From NCBI GenBank assembly GCA_951406725.2, contig OX597825.1, positions 77,376,001 to 77,440,000 of the forward strand: a DNA stretch of 64,000 nt, in the 5' to 3' direction. The notes beneath the pieces are model-generated. The model was not told the origin of the DNA. It ran no database searches and saw only the letters and a list, made by a program, of their open reading frames with translations. The stretch is from Octopus vulgaris. Taxonomy: Eukaryota. Numbering within the stretch: the stretch's first letter is position 1; the number at the start of each line of letters is the position of its first letter. Below are positions 31,878-46,658 of the stretch, piece after piece. The position numbers and the translations under genes are program-made.

Positions 31878-32092
31878 AGACGACGAGCTGGCAGAATCGT
31901 TAGCAAGCTGGGAAAAATACTTAGCGGTATTTCGTCCGTCTCCACTTTCTGGGGTCAAGTTCCGCTGAGATCGACTTTGCCAAACATCTTTCCAGGGTCC
32001 ATAAAATAAATACCAGTTAAACACTTAGGATGACGTATGCAATCGACTTGCCAACACCCACAAATTTCTGGCCTTCTGCCAAAATTTGAAAT
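31878..32092 (+). mobile_element. SINE family A (diverged)
   Basis: GACGAGCTGGCAGAATCGTTAGC head and decayed core. Confidence 0.75.
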
Positions 32093-32788
32093 AAATATTA
32101 TGAAAAACTAAGCTGGGTCATTCGAGTAGCAGAGTAGTTAGAGCGCCGGCCATAAGTCTTTGTGGTTCTTTTCTGGTTCCTTATATATTAAGTCAAAATC
32201 TTGACGAACTCTACTTAGTCTTACATCCATGTAACTGAAAGAAAATAAAGCACACCTCACCTCAAAAACAACTGATTGTGTACCGACAATTATATTTTTA
32301 ATTGGCAAAATTATTAGCACATCGGAAAAAAAAGGGCTTGCGGTATTTCTCCCGGTTTTTCACGCTCTGGTTTCAAATCTTTCTGAGTTCAACGTTGCCT
32401 TTCATCATTTATGCATCGATAAAATAAAGTACCATTCAAATACTGAGGTCGAAGAATCAATAGGTTACCCATTCCTCTCAAGTCCCTTGATTTAATCATA
32501 AATTTAGAACGCTATCGTAGCAATGTTTTGCAAGCAATGTTTCGTAGACGAAGACCGCATCTGGCTTACAAACTAAATTCGTTGGGCAGCTAAACATAAT
32601 TCGTTGGGGCTATATTAAAGTGGATAACCACACTGCAAGCGTTTTGCTAAACTAGACACTTTTGCTGTACATCTAACAATACTATGAGTATTATGTCGAA
32701 GGATACGGCCATGGAGTTGTGTTAAACTAGACAACTACATTGCGGGTATTTTGTTAAACTGGATAACCACATCGTTATGTAGAACTGG

Positions 32789-33006
32789 TACAAACGTTAG
32801 CACGCCGGGCGAAATACGTAGCCGTATTTCGTCTGCCGTTACGTTGTGAGTTCAAATTCCGCCGAGGTCGACTTGGCCTTTCATCCTTTCGGGGTCGATT
32901 AAATAAGTGCCAGTTACGAACTGGGGTCGATATAATCGACTTAATCCGTCTGTCTGTCCTTGTTTGTCCCCTCTATGTTTAGCCCCTTGTGGGTAGTAAA
33001 GAAATA
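32789..33006 (+). mobile_element. SINE family A with TSD, inserted in a degenerate minisatellite
   Basis: Near-consensus copy; GTTATGTAGAACTGG (32774-32788) and GTTATGTTGAACTGG (33007-33021) flank it. Confidence 0.85.
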
Positions 33007-33500
33007 GTTATGTTGAACTGGAAAACTATACTGCGACCACTACATTACGGATATTGAGACCAGGTCAGTGACCCGATTCTAACCTCTGTATTTGTTTTTT
33101 ATCGGTCTTGTAGGCTCTAAAATTAGTCAAGGGCGCTACTCGTCTTCTGACTAGGCCATTAAAATGATAATAATGAAAGCAACTACAACACTAACATTAA
33201 GAAGAAGAACGACATCCGCAGAACATTCGATTCCTGAAACGCTCGTGTCATCGATATTCTCCGATGAAGGCACGCATGTGTAATAGTATATAGGAGCGCA
33301 GTAATAAAGGTTTTAGTATCAGAGACGAAGTTTGACGTGGACAGTTGTTAATTAACCAATTTAGCCAGGAAACAAATATATACATACACACATACATACA
33401 TACACACATACACACACACATATATATATATATGAGTGTGTGTGTGTATATATATATATACGTTTGTATATATGTATACTTATATATCTGTGAGTTGAGT

Positions 33501-33541
<41 letters not shown>

Positions 33542-34202
33542 CACAAACTCACATACACACATATACATATATATATATATATACACAAACATATCCATCC
33601 ACATATATATTTATATATATGAGTGTATACATAAGAATGTATGTATGTCAAGTATATCATACTTCCATATATACAATAAAAAACAAAATGCCATCATCAT
33701 CATCATCATCATCACCATCATCACCACCGATAATAAATCGAAGGATTCTTGTATTACATTCAATTATTCTTCTGATTACACCCATAGGACACTAGCTTCA
33801 TATGTTGCTTTTACTATTGTTGTTCTTGATGTTGTTGCAGTTGTTCATGTTGTGTATAGTTGTTTCTGTTGTTCTTGATGCTATATCGTTTTATGAGGGA
33901 CGAGGGAAGGGTTCATGTCTTTATAGTTATTGTAGGAGACGAGCGAAACGTGATACAGCATAGCATAATGGCAGCGCAGTTTTATTATAGCGTCATGCAA
34001 AAGAAAATGGGTGTAGAATATATACACAAGGACCTTTCCACATATAAAGAATCATACATATATACATATGTTGTATGTGTGTGTGAGTGAGTGTATGCAA
34101 ATCTATATATCTATATGTATATCTTTCCCTATATACATAATTATTTTTTATGTGTGGCGTGTGCTTGTATATATCTGTATAAGTATAGAACAACACACAA
34201 AC

Positions 34203-34275
<73 letters not shown>

Positions 34276-34283
34276 AATCTATC

Positions 34284-34314
<31 letters not shown>

Positions 34315-34337
34315 CTATCTATCTACCTACGTACCTA

Positions 34338-34379
<42 letters not shown>

Positions 34380-34382
34380 AAG

Positions 34383-34833
34383 GGGAGGGAGTGGTTGTGT
34401 GTTAAGTTGCTTGCTTACCAACCACATGGTTCCGGGTTCAGTCCCACTGCATCACACGTTGGGCAAGTGTCTTCTACTATAGCCTCGAGTCAATAAGTCT
34501 TGTGAGTGGATTTGGTAGACGGAAACTGAAAGAAGCCCGTCGTGTAAATATACGTACGTATGTATGTACGTGTGTATGTATGTATGTATGAATGTATGTA
34601 TGTATGTATGTATGTATGTATGTATGTGTCTGTGTTTGGCTCCCCACCATCGCTGGACAAACGATGTTGTGTTTGTTCCCCGTAACTTAGCAGTTCGTCA
34701 AAAAGCGAACGATAGAATAAGTACTAGCCTTACAAAGAATAAGTCTTGGGGTTGATTTCTTCGACTAAAGTCGGTGCTCCAGCATGGCCGTAGTCAAACG
34801 ACTGAAACAAATAAAAGAATAAAAGGATAAAAG

Positions 34834-34835
<2 letters not shown>
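34383..34835 (+). mobile_element. tRNA-derived SINE family B with internal microsatellite
   Basis: GTGGTTGTGT..AAG head, GGTTCAGTCCC B-box, CORE-like TTGGGCAAGTGTCTT, internal (TATG)n, 3' GGTGCTCCAGCATGGCCG..ACTGAAAC. Confidence 0.85.
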
Positions 34836-34891
<56 letters not shown>

Positions 34892-34957
34892 GTATATATA
34901 TATGTATATATATATGTATATATATATGTATATGGATATATGTATGTATGCATGTAA

Positions 34958-35007
<50 letters not shown>

Positions 35008-35276
35008 ATATACATACACATATATATACATATATGTTTTTCTATTTGTATGTCCGTGTTTTGATGTAAGTGGGTATGTACATACGAACATGTAAATACA
35101 TAGATACATACATGCACATACACGCAAGACGCACACACACATATACACGCTTATATGTCAACCACCGTAACGAACGAAACTCCTGTTTACAAATGGAACG
35201 GAATCGAAAAGTAGGTTATATGGAAGAGAATAACATAGAGAGACAGGCAGACAGATAGACAGATAAATAGGGAGTT

Positions 35277-35717
<441 letters not shown>

Positions 35718-35872
35718 GATCAGTGTCTGAAAGAATTAGACAGCGGATGAAGGTTAAATCGCAAGGAGAAGTGTAGAGAGTAAAATGCGAGAATGGTAGG
35801 AGTGAGAGTGATGATACAGTCAAAGATGACAGAGCGACAGAGAGACTCGTTTAAAACGATTTCGCCTTGTTA

Positions 35873-36076
35873 CGGTATTTTCCGGCATGCAAGTCGACAT
35901 TGTTTATAGTATAGAAATTTTGTGTAAAAATTCTAATATTGTCTCTCTTTTTCCCAAACCTTCTGCATTTCACTTGGAGTTTTTAGTGTTCCTAAGTTTT
36001 CTTGATGTATAAGTTAGATTTTTGGGGTTTGAATTTTTTTTCCTGAATAATTCGACTTGTATGCCGGAAATTACGG
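35873..36076. mobile_element. Tc2/pogo-like MITE (204 bp)
   Basis: TA|CGGTATTTTCCGGCATGCAAGTCGA ... TCGACTTGTATGCCGGAAATTACGG|TA: ~25-bp imperfect TIRs of the CCGTA type with TA duplication. Confidence 0.75.
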
Positions 36077-36267
36077 TATTCACGAAATCATATAGTCACT
36101 AGAAACAACGCCTGGCCCTAACAGAGAACACTTCTATCTGAGTATTAGGCACGTATAGTAGTCTTTAATATATTGTGGGAAGCTCACTTTTGGAAAATCT
36201 TTTGATTACAGGTATAACCTATTATGGTCGAAATGGAGCTAAACTACAACCAATAACTATTCTTTTC

Positions 36268-36432
36268 AACTCTAGGCACAAGGCCCGAAATTTGGGGGGG
36301 AGGGGGCCAGTCGATTAGATCGACCCCGGTACGCAACTGGTACTTAATTTATCCACACCGAAAGGATGAAAGACAAAGTGGACCGCTAAGCATTTCGCCC
36401 GGTGTGCTAACGTTTGTACCAGTTCGCCGCCT
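36268..36432 (-). mobile_element. SINE family A, internally deleted
   Basis: Tail and core joined directly to GCTAAGCATTTCGCCCGG head; B-box missing. Confidence 0.75.
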
Positions 36433-36496
36433 TACAACTAATGACTATTGCCTAATAAAACAGTGTAATACATACATACATACATACATACATACA

Positions 36497-36973
<477 letters not shown>

Positions 36974-37040
36974 ATGAAATATGCTTGAACATACGACTTC
37001 ACATAAAGAATCTTGCAAAACAAATACGAAAACAATACAT

Positions 37041-37136
<96 letters not shown>

Positions 37137-37593
37137 CTAATGAGAAAATATCAAAAGTCAGAAAATGAAACATGGTCGTCTCTTTAAGATCGCGTGTATC
37201 AAAGACAGCGATCATACGCGTTACAGTATATCAGCTCTGTCACAGTGCGACCATATTTCTCTTCCGAACGTTTCATATTTTATCATTAGTCCTATACGGT
37301 TACACTGAAGCAATAATTTTCCTAAAATTATTACGTCCCAAGAGCTCCTCGGTTTGATTTCATAAAGGAAACTATTGTAGTGTCATGTTATTGCTACATA
37401 TTTCATTGAGACGCAAGATAAAATCGCCATTGCCTGTTCCTTAACATTTAACTGTTTGCACCTTCTGTAATCCATTAATGTACACTGCATGGTTTAGGTT
37501 AAACTTTGCTCTGTAATTTTTTTTTTTTCAAAAGTGTTTCCATACCCGATTTCATTGGGAAATTTTATACGCGAGAATATCAATAGTTAATAT

Positions 37594-37990
37594 GGGTGCA
37601 GACATGGCTGTGTCGTTTTGCAGCCACGTGTTTTCGGGTTCAATTCCAGTTAGCTCCATCTTAGCTAAGTGTCGTATACTGTAGCCCTAGGCCGACAACA
37701 GCCTTGTGTGTGGATTTGCTTGATGGAAACAGTTTGTAAAAAGTCATGCATAACTATATCTCTATATGAGTGTGTGTGTGTCTTTATGTATGCCTACCAC
37801 ACCCCACTACATGACAGCGTTGGATTGTTTACGTCTCCATAGTCTTGCAGCTTTGCAAAACAGAGACCGATAGAATCAGTACCAGATTTAAAGAAAGAAA
37901 ATAAATGCTGGTATTGATTTGTTTTAATATATCCATCAAGATGGTGCTCCAGAATGGTCGCAATCCAATTATTGAAACGAGTAAACGATT
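37594..37990 (+). mobile_element. SINE family B (diverged)
   Basis: Same modules as 38375-38846, more decayed. Confidence 0.65.
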
Positions 37991-38374
37991 AAAGATATCA
38001 TTGTATTTAGTTTCCTTGTTTGTATTCGTCTTCTCTGCTATCGCATTGTACTGTAATGGTTCCATATCGTAGATACATAGTTGTCAGACGGGAAAATGTT
38101 GTACATGTTTGTCCACGATGAAACTCTTTGAATCACGAAGTTTATAGCTTTCATGTTTACACTGAAATTCCAGGACTACTTGTGTCTACATGGCACCACT
38201 ATCATGGTTGGTTTCGTTCGGAAAATGAAGCCGACATGTTCTTGAAATGTTAATATGCATAAGAATTATATTGTTCTAAGCAAAGTTTAAAGGATTAATA
38301 GGGAAATATAAAAAAAAATATTTAATAAACAAGAGAAAATACGGAAACAGTCATGCGTTCCGTGTGTCTATATA

Positions 38375-38846
<472 letters not shown>

Positions 38847-38915
38847 ATACATACATACACGCACACACACACACATACGTACATACATACATGCATACAT
38901 ACATACATACATACA

Positions 38916-38948
<33 letters not shown>

Positions 38949-39732
38949 TCATGCATACATACATATATGTATACATACATATATTCTTAGTATGCAACGT
39001 TGCTTTATTTTATAACGATATTTTGCAAAAATCGATAAAATATAAATTGAATAGATGACAATTAAAATATGGAACTTATATTGTAATTTGGCAAAATAAT
39101 TACTAAAAATTATGTATGTGTGTATGTGTGCGTGTGCGTGTGCATGCCTAGGTATATGCGGATATAAGGAGGTATGGAGGGAGACAAGCAGAGGGATAGA
39201 GACAGAAACAGTGTAATGTGTGACTATGTGATTGAGAAAAGGCGTCGGTGAGGCTATGGATTTAAGGAGGTCAATTCGCAACTCTGAAATTCCGAGTTCA
39301 ATGCCTCCACGCAGATCCTTGGGCAAGTGTCTCCCACAATAATCGTGACCAGCCAATGTTTTGTGTGTGATGTTGAACCACGAATCCACAAACACTTCAA
39401 ACCTTCTAAAAAAAAACGGTAAAATATGGTCTGAATTAGTGTATCGCTTTATATTCGGCATTCTTTTTACGACCGGCAGAGCTAAATATTATCACCCAAC
39501 GTGTGTGCTTTATTAGCGCACAATGAACACAGAAAGGGCAACAGCCCCTGTTTCAAAAACGATTTTACGCCAATAGTTTTGTAAAATAAGTACAAAACCG
39601 GAGTACAGTCCTTCTAACTCCAGACAATTCTTAAACACCAGAGATACTTATTTTACTAATAAATAGAATGGTATATTTAGCAGGAACATTACGTTAATCA
39701 CTTTCCAAGCATTCCATATTTAACACGTCTTG

Positions 39733-39915
39733 AAGGCGGTGTGCAGGCTCAATTGTTAGCACGCCGGAAAAAAAAACGCTTAGCGGCATTTTATCCGTCT
39801 TCGAATTCAAATCCCGCGCAAATCATCTTTGATTTTCATCCCTTTCAAAGTCGATAGAATAAGGACCAGTTGAGCACTGGCGTCGATGCAGGCCTAGTGC
39901 CAAAGTTAAAAACCA
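39733..39915 (+). mobile_element. SINE family A (diverged)
   Basis: GTTAGCACGCCGG..GCTTAGCGGCATTT..TTTCATCC..GTCGATAGAATAAGGACCAGTTGAGCACTGG. Confidence 0.65.
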
Positions 39916-40199
39916 ATATGTATTTATAATTTGTAGGGTCCCTTTCCATCTGTTTCTTGGATAAATTTTTAGCAAATATCGGAGATTACTAAAAATACGT
40001 CGAAGAAAATTGTTGGAACTGAAGACTAATGGTTCTTTAGATCGAACTTGGATTTTTAAGTGATCGAAGCAGTTTCTTTTTGTTCTTTTATCCTGTTTTT
40101 GTTTTCGTTTTTGCTATATAGTTTTCAATTAAAACGACATATAACATTCGGAAGGCTTGCAACGATAATTAACGTATACCAGAAATAATAACAAAACTG

Positions 40200-40860
40200 G
40201 GGAGGAGGAGAAAAAGTAGATGAAGTAGGAGGGGGAGGAGGAGAAGAAGAACAACAAGAAGAAGACAAAAGAAGAAAAAGAAGAAGAAGGAGAAAAGAGG
40301 AGAAGGAGGAGAAGGAGGAGAAGGAAAAGTGGAAGAAGAAGAAGAAGAAGAAGAAGAAGAAGAAAAGAAGAACAAGAAGAAAAGAAGAAACAGAAGAACA
40401 AGAAGAAAAAGAACAAGAAGAAAAAGAAGAAAAGAAGGAGACGAAGTAGAAAAGAAGAAGAAGAAGAAGAAGAAGAAGAAGAAGAAGAAGAAAAGAAGAA
40501 GAAGAAGAGGAGTCATTTTAAAAATATAAATATTATTGAGATTCATAATTATAGCAATAGATAATGATATGATTCTAGCGACAAAGAGAGAAACAGTAAC
40601 AAGAAGAAGAGTAAGAAGAAGAAGGAGAAGAGTAAGAAGAGGGAGAAAAATATTTTGAACGTTACTAGCATGCATCAGTTTAGCAAAATACAATGATACG
40701 ACTATAATAGCAACAACAGCAAGAAGGAGTAGGAGGGGGAGATGAATGAGAAAAGAAAGAAGAGTGAGAAGAAGGGGAAGAAGAAGAAGAAGAAGAAGAA
40801 AAAAGAAAGAAAGAAAGAAGATAAACAACGGCAAGAAAAGAGCAAGAAACGAAGTAGCTA
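40200..40860. repeat. Purine-rich (GAA)n/(GGA)n tract
   Basis: Direct reading. Confidence 0.9.
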
Positions 40861-41084
40861 CTACTACTACTACTACTACTGCTGCTGCTGCTGTTGCTGC
40901 TACTGCTGCTGTTGCTGCTATAATAGAAATATGAATGAACGCTATGTTCTAAGGTTTGAAAGAAACGAGAGATTATGAAGAAAAGTCAAGACACAGCAGA
41001 AATCAACAAAAGAAACAGAGCTAGAGAGAGAGGGGGAGAGAGAAGGGGAGAGAGACGGAGAGAGCGACAGAGAAGAGAGGAGAC

Positions 41085-41127
<43 letters not shown>

Positions 41128-41307
41128 CCTACCACAGCAGTGGTGATATAATGGGTTGGTCCCTTACTAAATTGAGATTAAATGGAGCCGAGGCTACGGA
41201 ATTACGCGAAAATGAACAACGATAAGAACAACAAGAACAACAAAAATAAAAAATTGTTCTGTCATAGTATAAGGCAACAATAATAACAACAGCAATAATC
41301 ATAATAA

Positions 41308-42437
41308 TTTCAAATTTTGGCACAAGGCCATAATTTTCAATCTCGTATTTATTCTCTCGACCCCGCAATGACGAAAGCAAAGCTGACCTCAGCGGAATTT
41401 GAACTCAAAACTTAAGGACGGGCGGAATGAAATGCCGCGAAGTATTTTGTTCGGTATGTTGACGATTTTGCCAGCCGGCCTCTTTTTGATAATAGTTTCA
41501 AATTCTGACACAAGGCCAGAAATTTGAAATGAGGGAACACGTCGACTGCGATGGAATTCGAACCCAGAAGGTAAATGCAGAAAAATGCCCTTAAGCATTT
41601 TGGTCAGTATACTACCGGTTTACTGGCCCCTTTTTGATAGTTTCGAATTCTGGCACAGAGGAGGGGACAAGTCGACAACGGTGGAATTTGAACCGAGAAA
41701 GTAAATGCAGAAAAACGCCCTTAAGCATTATGTCTAGTTTACGAACCGTTTGCCAGCTCACCACCGCTGTTCAATTATCCTTTCTACTAAAGGTACAAGG
41801 CCTGAAATTTGGGTGAGGGTGTCTAGTCGATTACATCGACCCCCTTTCTGAGCTCAAATGGTACTTATTTTATTGACCACGAGAGAGGAGGACAAACGGA
41901 TTAAGTCGATTATATCGACCCCAGTGCGTAACTGGTACTTATTTAATCGACCCCGAAAGAATGAAAGGCAAAGTCGACCTCGGCAGAATTTGAACTCAGA
42001 ACGTAACGGCAGACGAAATACCTATTTCTTTATTACCCACAAGGGGCTAAACACGGAGGGGACAAACAAGGACAGACAAAGGGATTAAGTCGATTATATC
42101 GACCCCAGTGCGTAACTGGTACTTATTTAATCGACCCCGAAAGAATGAAAGGCAAAGTCGACCTCGGCGGAATTTGAACTCAGAACGTAACGGCAGACGA
42201 AATACCTATTTCTTTATTACCCACAAGGGGCTAAACACAGAGGGGACAAACAAGGACAGACAAAGGGATTAAGTCGATTACATCGACCCCAGTTCGTAAC
42301 TGGTACTTAATTTATCGACCCTGAAAGGATGAAAGGCAAAGTCGACCTCGGCGGAATTTGAACTCAGAACGTAACGGCAGACGAAATACCGCTAAGCATT
42401 TCGCCCGGCGTGCTAACGATTCTGCCAGCTCGCCGCC
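41308..42437 (-). mobile_element. SINE family A cluster including a 3 x 184-bp tandem multimer
   Basis: TTAAGTCGAT recurs at 41901, 42085 and 42269 (period 184); single head at 42389-42437; older deleted copies at 41308-41765. Confidence 0.9.
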
Positions 42438-42514
42438 TCACCGCTTCTCAGTAACAATAACGATTGCTTCGATTTACCACCAGAGCGGCGGATTAAGGTA
42501 CAATAAGAAGATAG

Positions 42515-42800
42515 AGCTCGGGCCGACCAAAGCCTTGTGAGTGGATTTGGTAGACGGAAACTGAAAGAAGCCTGTCGTATATATGTATATATGCGTTTGT
42601 GTGTCTGTGTTTGTCCCCCTAGCATTGCTTGACAACCGATGCTGGTGTGTTTACGTCCCCGTCACTTAGCTGTTCGGCAAAAGAGACCGATAGAATAAGT
42701 ACTGGGCTTACAAAAGAATAAGTCCTGGGGTCGATTTGCTCGACGAAAGGTGGTGCTCCAGCATGGCCGCAGTCAAATGACTGAAACAAGTAAAAGAGAA
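42515..42800 (+). mobile_element. SINE family B, 5'-truncated
   Basis: Starts at CTCGGGCCGACCAAAGCCTTGTGAG and matches the other B copies. Confidence 0.85.
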
Positions 42801-43271
42801 AAAGAGAAAAAGAGAAAGAGAGATTGAGCGTAGATTTACAGAGGACAACAAAATAAAGAAAACAAAAATAACAAATATATTCACAAAACGCAAATGAATA
42901 TAATGTCCAGTAACATCGACAGCAACAACAACAGCAATAACAAGAAAATATGGAGGCTAAGAAGGAGAAGAAATGTTAACAGTATAATAGTATTAGCAAC
43001 AATAGAAGTTATGGGTTTTGGAGAGCGGCAGAGCGAGTTGCGGGTTCTACTGAAATATGAATGGGTGGAATCGACAAAGAATTAGTATTAAAAGATGGTT
43101 AAAGATTTTTTAAGAATAAATAATGTTAGACAATATTCGAGAATGAATTATATAAGAGAGACAATACAATACGTTACTTCTGAGATTAGCTTTCATTTAT
43201 TCACGTGAAAACTGCTGACTTCAGAATTTCATTTATGTATGAATACATACATACATACATACATACATACT

Positions 43272-43359
<88 letters not shown>

Positions 43360-43368
43360 GTATATACT

Positions 43369-43402
<34 letters not shown>

Positions 43403-44312
43403 GTATATGTGTGTATATGTATGTATGTATATCCACACATGAACACACATACACACATATATACATATATATATACCTTCAGCTTTGTTCTTGTTATTAG
43501 TGGTGGTGGTGGCAGTGGCGGCGGCGGCGGCGACGGCGGTGGTGGTGGTGGTGGTGGTGGTGGTGGTGCAGGTTTGAGTTGGGCTGCTGCAGATGCTGCT
43601 GCTGTTTCTACTGTTTTTAATAAGTGTTATAGATTGGATGTTAAAGTAATGATGGTGAGAGACCACGTCGCCGTCATCATCATCATCATAATCCTCACCA
43701 CGATCTCGTCATCATCATCCTTATCACCATCGCCATCGTCCTCAGCAACAGAAGCAGCAGCAGCGCCACCAGTAACTCCTCCACCACCACCACCACCACC
43801 ACCACCACTACCACCACCATCGTACCTGTTCACACATATACAGTGGCAAACCAATAGCTTCTCGCATCCATACAGAGGCATTAATACATACACACACATA
43901 CGCCCACGCACACGATCCCACGCTCACGATCCCATTCCTGTACACACACACGCTCATATTTTGAGACACATATAAACGCACACACAAATATACGGGCATG
44001 AATCTCCCATACACACACACACACACACTTCATGCCATACATACAAACATTGATAGGCACAGACATGCCATACAAAAACTCACACATACTTCCAGACACA
44101 GACACACACTCTCACCACACATTTACACAATCATATACATATATATATATTTATACACATGCATGTATACGCCCACAAACATATACATACACACGTCCAT
44201 ATGCATGTATATATATATATATATATACATACATATATATACACGCACACATACATATATATACGCGCACAAACATGCATATATAGACATACATATAGAT
44301 ACGCTCGCAACC

Positions 44313-44355
<43 letters not shown>

Positions 44356-44446
44356 CGCTTACAAACATACATTATATATGCATATACATAAATATATATA
44401 TACGCTCACAAGCATAGACTAATATATATACACATGCATATATAAC

Positions 44447-44477
<31 letters not shown>

Positions 44478-44524
44478 ACGCTCACAAACCTATACATATA
44501 TATACACATGATATATATATATAT

Positions 44525-44735
44525 AACGGGAGGCTTTATGAAAATAAACAAAAGACGAAGGCAGGTGGAAAACAAACGAACAATTGTATTAGTGTGGCGC
44601 TCAGGAAATATAAATAAAACAAGTCTTTAACGTTTCGAGCCTACGCTCTTCAACAGAAAGATACACAGAGAGAGAAAAACACAGAAAGAAGGAGAGAAAA
44701 AAAATGCGTGCAGTAGCTAACGAATCAACATGGCG
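44525..44735 (-). mobile_element. Short (TA)n-inserted element carrying the hammerhead-like core (Penelope-like pLTR/retrozyme-like)
   Basis: About 210-bp complex island flanked on both sides by (TA)n; same architecture as 22172-22350. Confidence 0.5.
44624..44661 (-). ncRNA. Minimal type I hammerhead-like motif (A6U variant)
   Basis: Minus strand reads TCTTT-CTGTTGA-A-GAGC gtag GCTC-GAAACGTT-AAAGA: 5-bp stem I, 4-bp stem II, loopless palindromic stem III ACGT. Confidence 0.55.
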
Positions 44736-44774
<39 letters not shown>

Positions 44775-44822
44775 AATATATATATTTATATACGCTCACA
44801 AGCATATACATATATATACACA

Positions 44823-44866
<44 letters not shown>

Positions 44867-45082
44867 GCTCACAAGCATACATTTACGGTGACTAACACAT
44901 GCACATAATCGTGCACAGAAACGTATGCAAACACAGACAGGGGCGTAAGCTCCTTGCATTACCTGATCTCAATCTGTGCATACAGCTGCATACATCTGCA
45001 CTCATCGCAGACTCGTGACACACAGACTTCCACAGATACTCGCTCGCACGTAAACACACACAAACACAGAACCCCCCCCCCC

Positions 45083-45113
<31 letters not shown>

Positions 45114-45328
45114 GTGCACGCAGTGATCACCGACCGAGCGAAGCGAACCGGTTCTAATCCCAATATTAATTAATTGAATTACAAGAAATAATTACGGGAA
45201 AAAAAAATAAACATTTAATAGACAAACGATGGACAGACGTCCAATGATTCATCTGATTTCAAAAACCAATTTGCATATTCATGTGCGATAACATTGATAG
45301 CACATAGCCTCTGAATGGATTTGAGAAA

Positions 45329-45402
<74 letters not shown>

Positions 45403-45404
45403 CA

Positions 45405-45489
<85 letters not shown>

Positions 45490-45518
45490 CATTATTATTA
45501 TTATTATTATTATTATAA

Positions 45519-45886
45519 GGCGGCGAGCTGGCAGAAACGTTAGCACGCCGGCCGAAATGCTTAGTGGTATTTTGTCTGCCGTTACGTTCTGAGTTCAAAT
45601 TCCGCCGAGGTCACCTTTGCCTTTCATCCTTTCGAGGTCGATAAATTAAGTACCAGTTACGCACTGGGGTCGATATAATCGACTTAATCCGCTTGTCTGT
45701 CCTTGTTTGTCCTCTCTGTGTTTAGGTATTTCGTCTGTGTCTGGGTTCAAGTTCTGCCGATTAAGTCGACTTTACCTTTCATTATTTCGGGGTCGATAAA
45801 AATAAATAGCAGTTGAACACTAGGGTCGATGTAATCGACTCGTCCCGTCCCCTAAAATTGCTGCCCTTGTGGCAAAATTTGAAGCC
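45519..45886 (+). mobile_element. SINE family A dimer after (ATT)n
   Basis: GGCGGCGAGCTGGCAGAAACGTTAGC head plus two core units. Confidence 0.85.
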
Positions 45887-46434
45887 ATTATCATAGTAAT
45901 TATTATTGCTGTTGTTGTTGTTGTTGTTGTTGTTGTTATACTCTTATTTGCTGCGAAAGTCGTATTAGAAAATTAGTTTTCACCCATTTCACCCGTTTTC
46001 TTCGTGAAATTTTTGCTACGATTTGTTAAGAGCACCATTAACCTTTTGACTGGTGCTCTATGTTTATTTTGCCCAGTAAGGGGCGATAATTTTACCGTTA
46101 ATATCCTTATACAAAATGGCATCAATAGCTCCTATTATTAAAGCATCGAGGGGTATAACCGTTTCTCCTACCAGCCCTTCGACAGCCGAAGATATTTTTC
46201 CTCTTCCGTCACTCACTCCACTAAATGACTATAGGTTGAACGGAGAGAGCAGCAGCAGGAACAGCAACAACAACATCAATAACGCAGGAAATGTCAGCAG
46301 TGGCAACACCATCATCACCACCACCACCACCACCACCACCATCACCAACCGATTAGGACGTTAAGCATCTGGAGGGAAAGCGAAGCTAGTAAAACAGTAG
46401 TAACAACGCCGGTGGCAACAGTGAATCCATTACC

Positions 46435-46658
46435 TATTTCTTTATTACCCACAAGGGGCTAAACACAGAGGGGACAAACAAGGACAGACATAGGTATTAA
46501 GTCGATTACATCGACCCCAGTGCGTAACTGGTACTTAATTTATCGACCCCGAAAGGATGAAAGTCGACCTCGGCGGAATTTGAACTCACAACGTAACGCA
46601 GACGAAATACCGCAGAGTATTTCGCCCAGTGTGCTAACGTTTCGGCCAGCTCGCCGCC
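46435..46658 (-). mobile_element. SINE family A with 15-bp TSD
   Basis: TSD AGTGAATCCATTACC at 46420-46434 and 46659-46673. Confidence 0.9.

Noticed and set aside
41901-42437. CRISPR-like array
   Set aside because: The units are near-identical 184-bp SINE bodies with no unique spacers, in eukaryotic DNA with no cas genes.
45519-45605. tRNA gene
   Set aside because: A/B-box-like motifs are present, but they are heads of multi-copy SINEs with TSDs and no full cloverleaf was evident.
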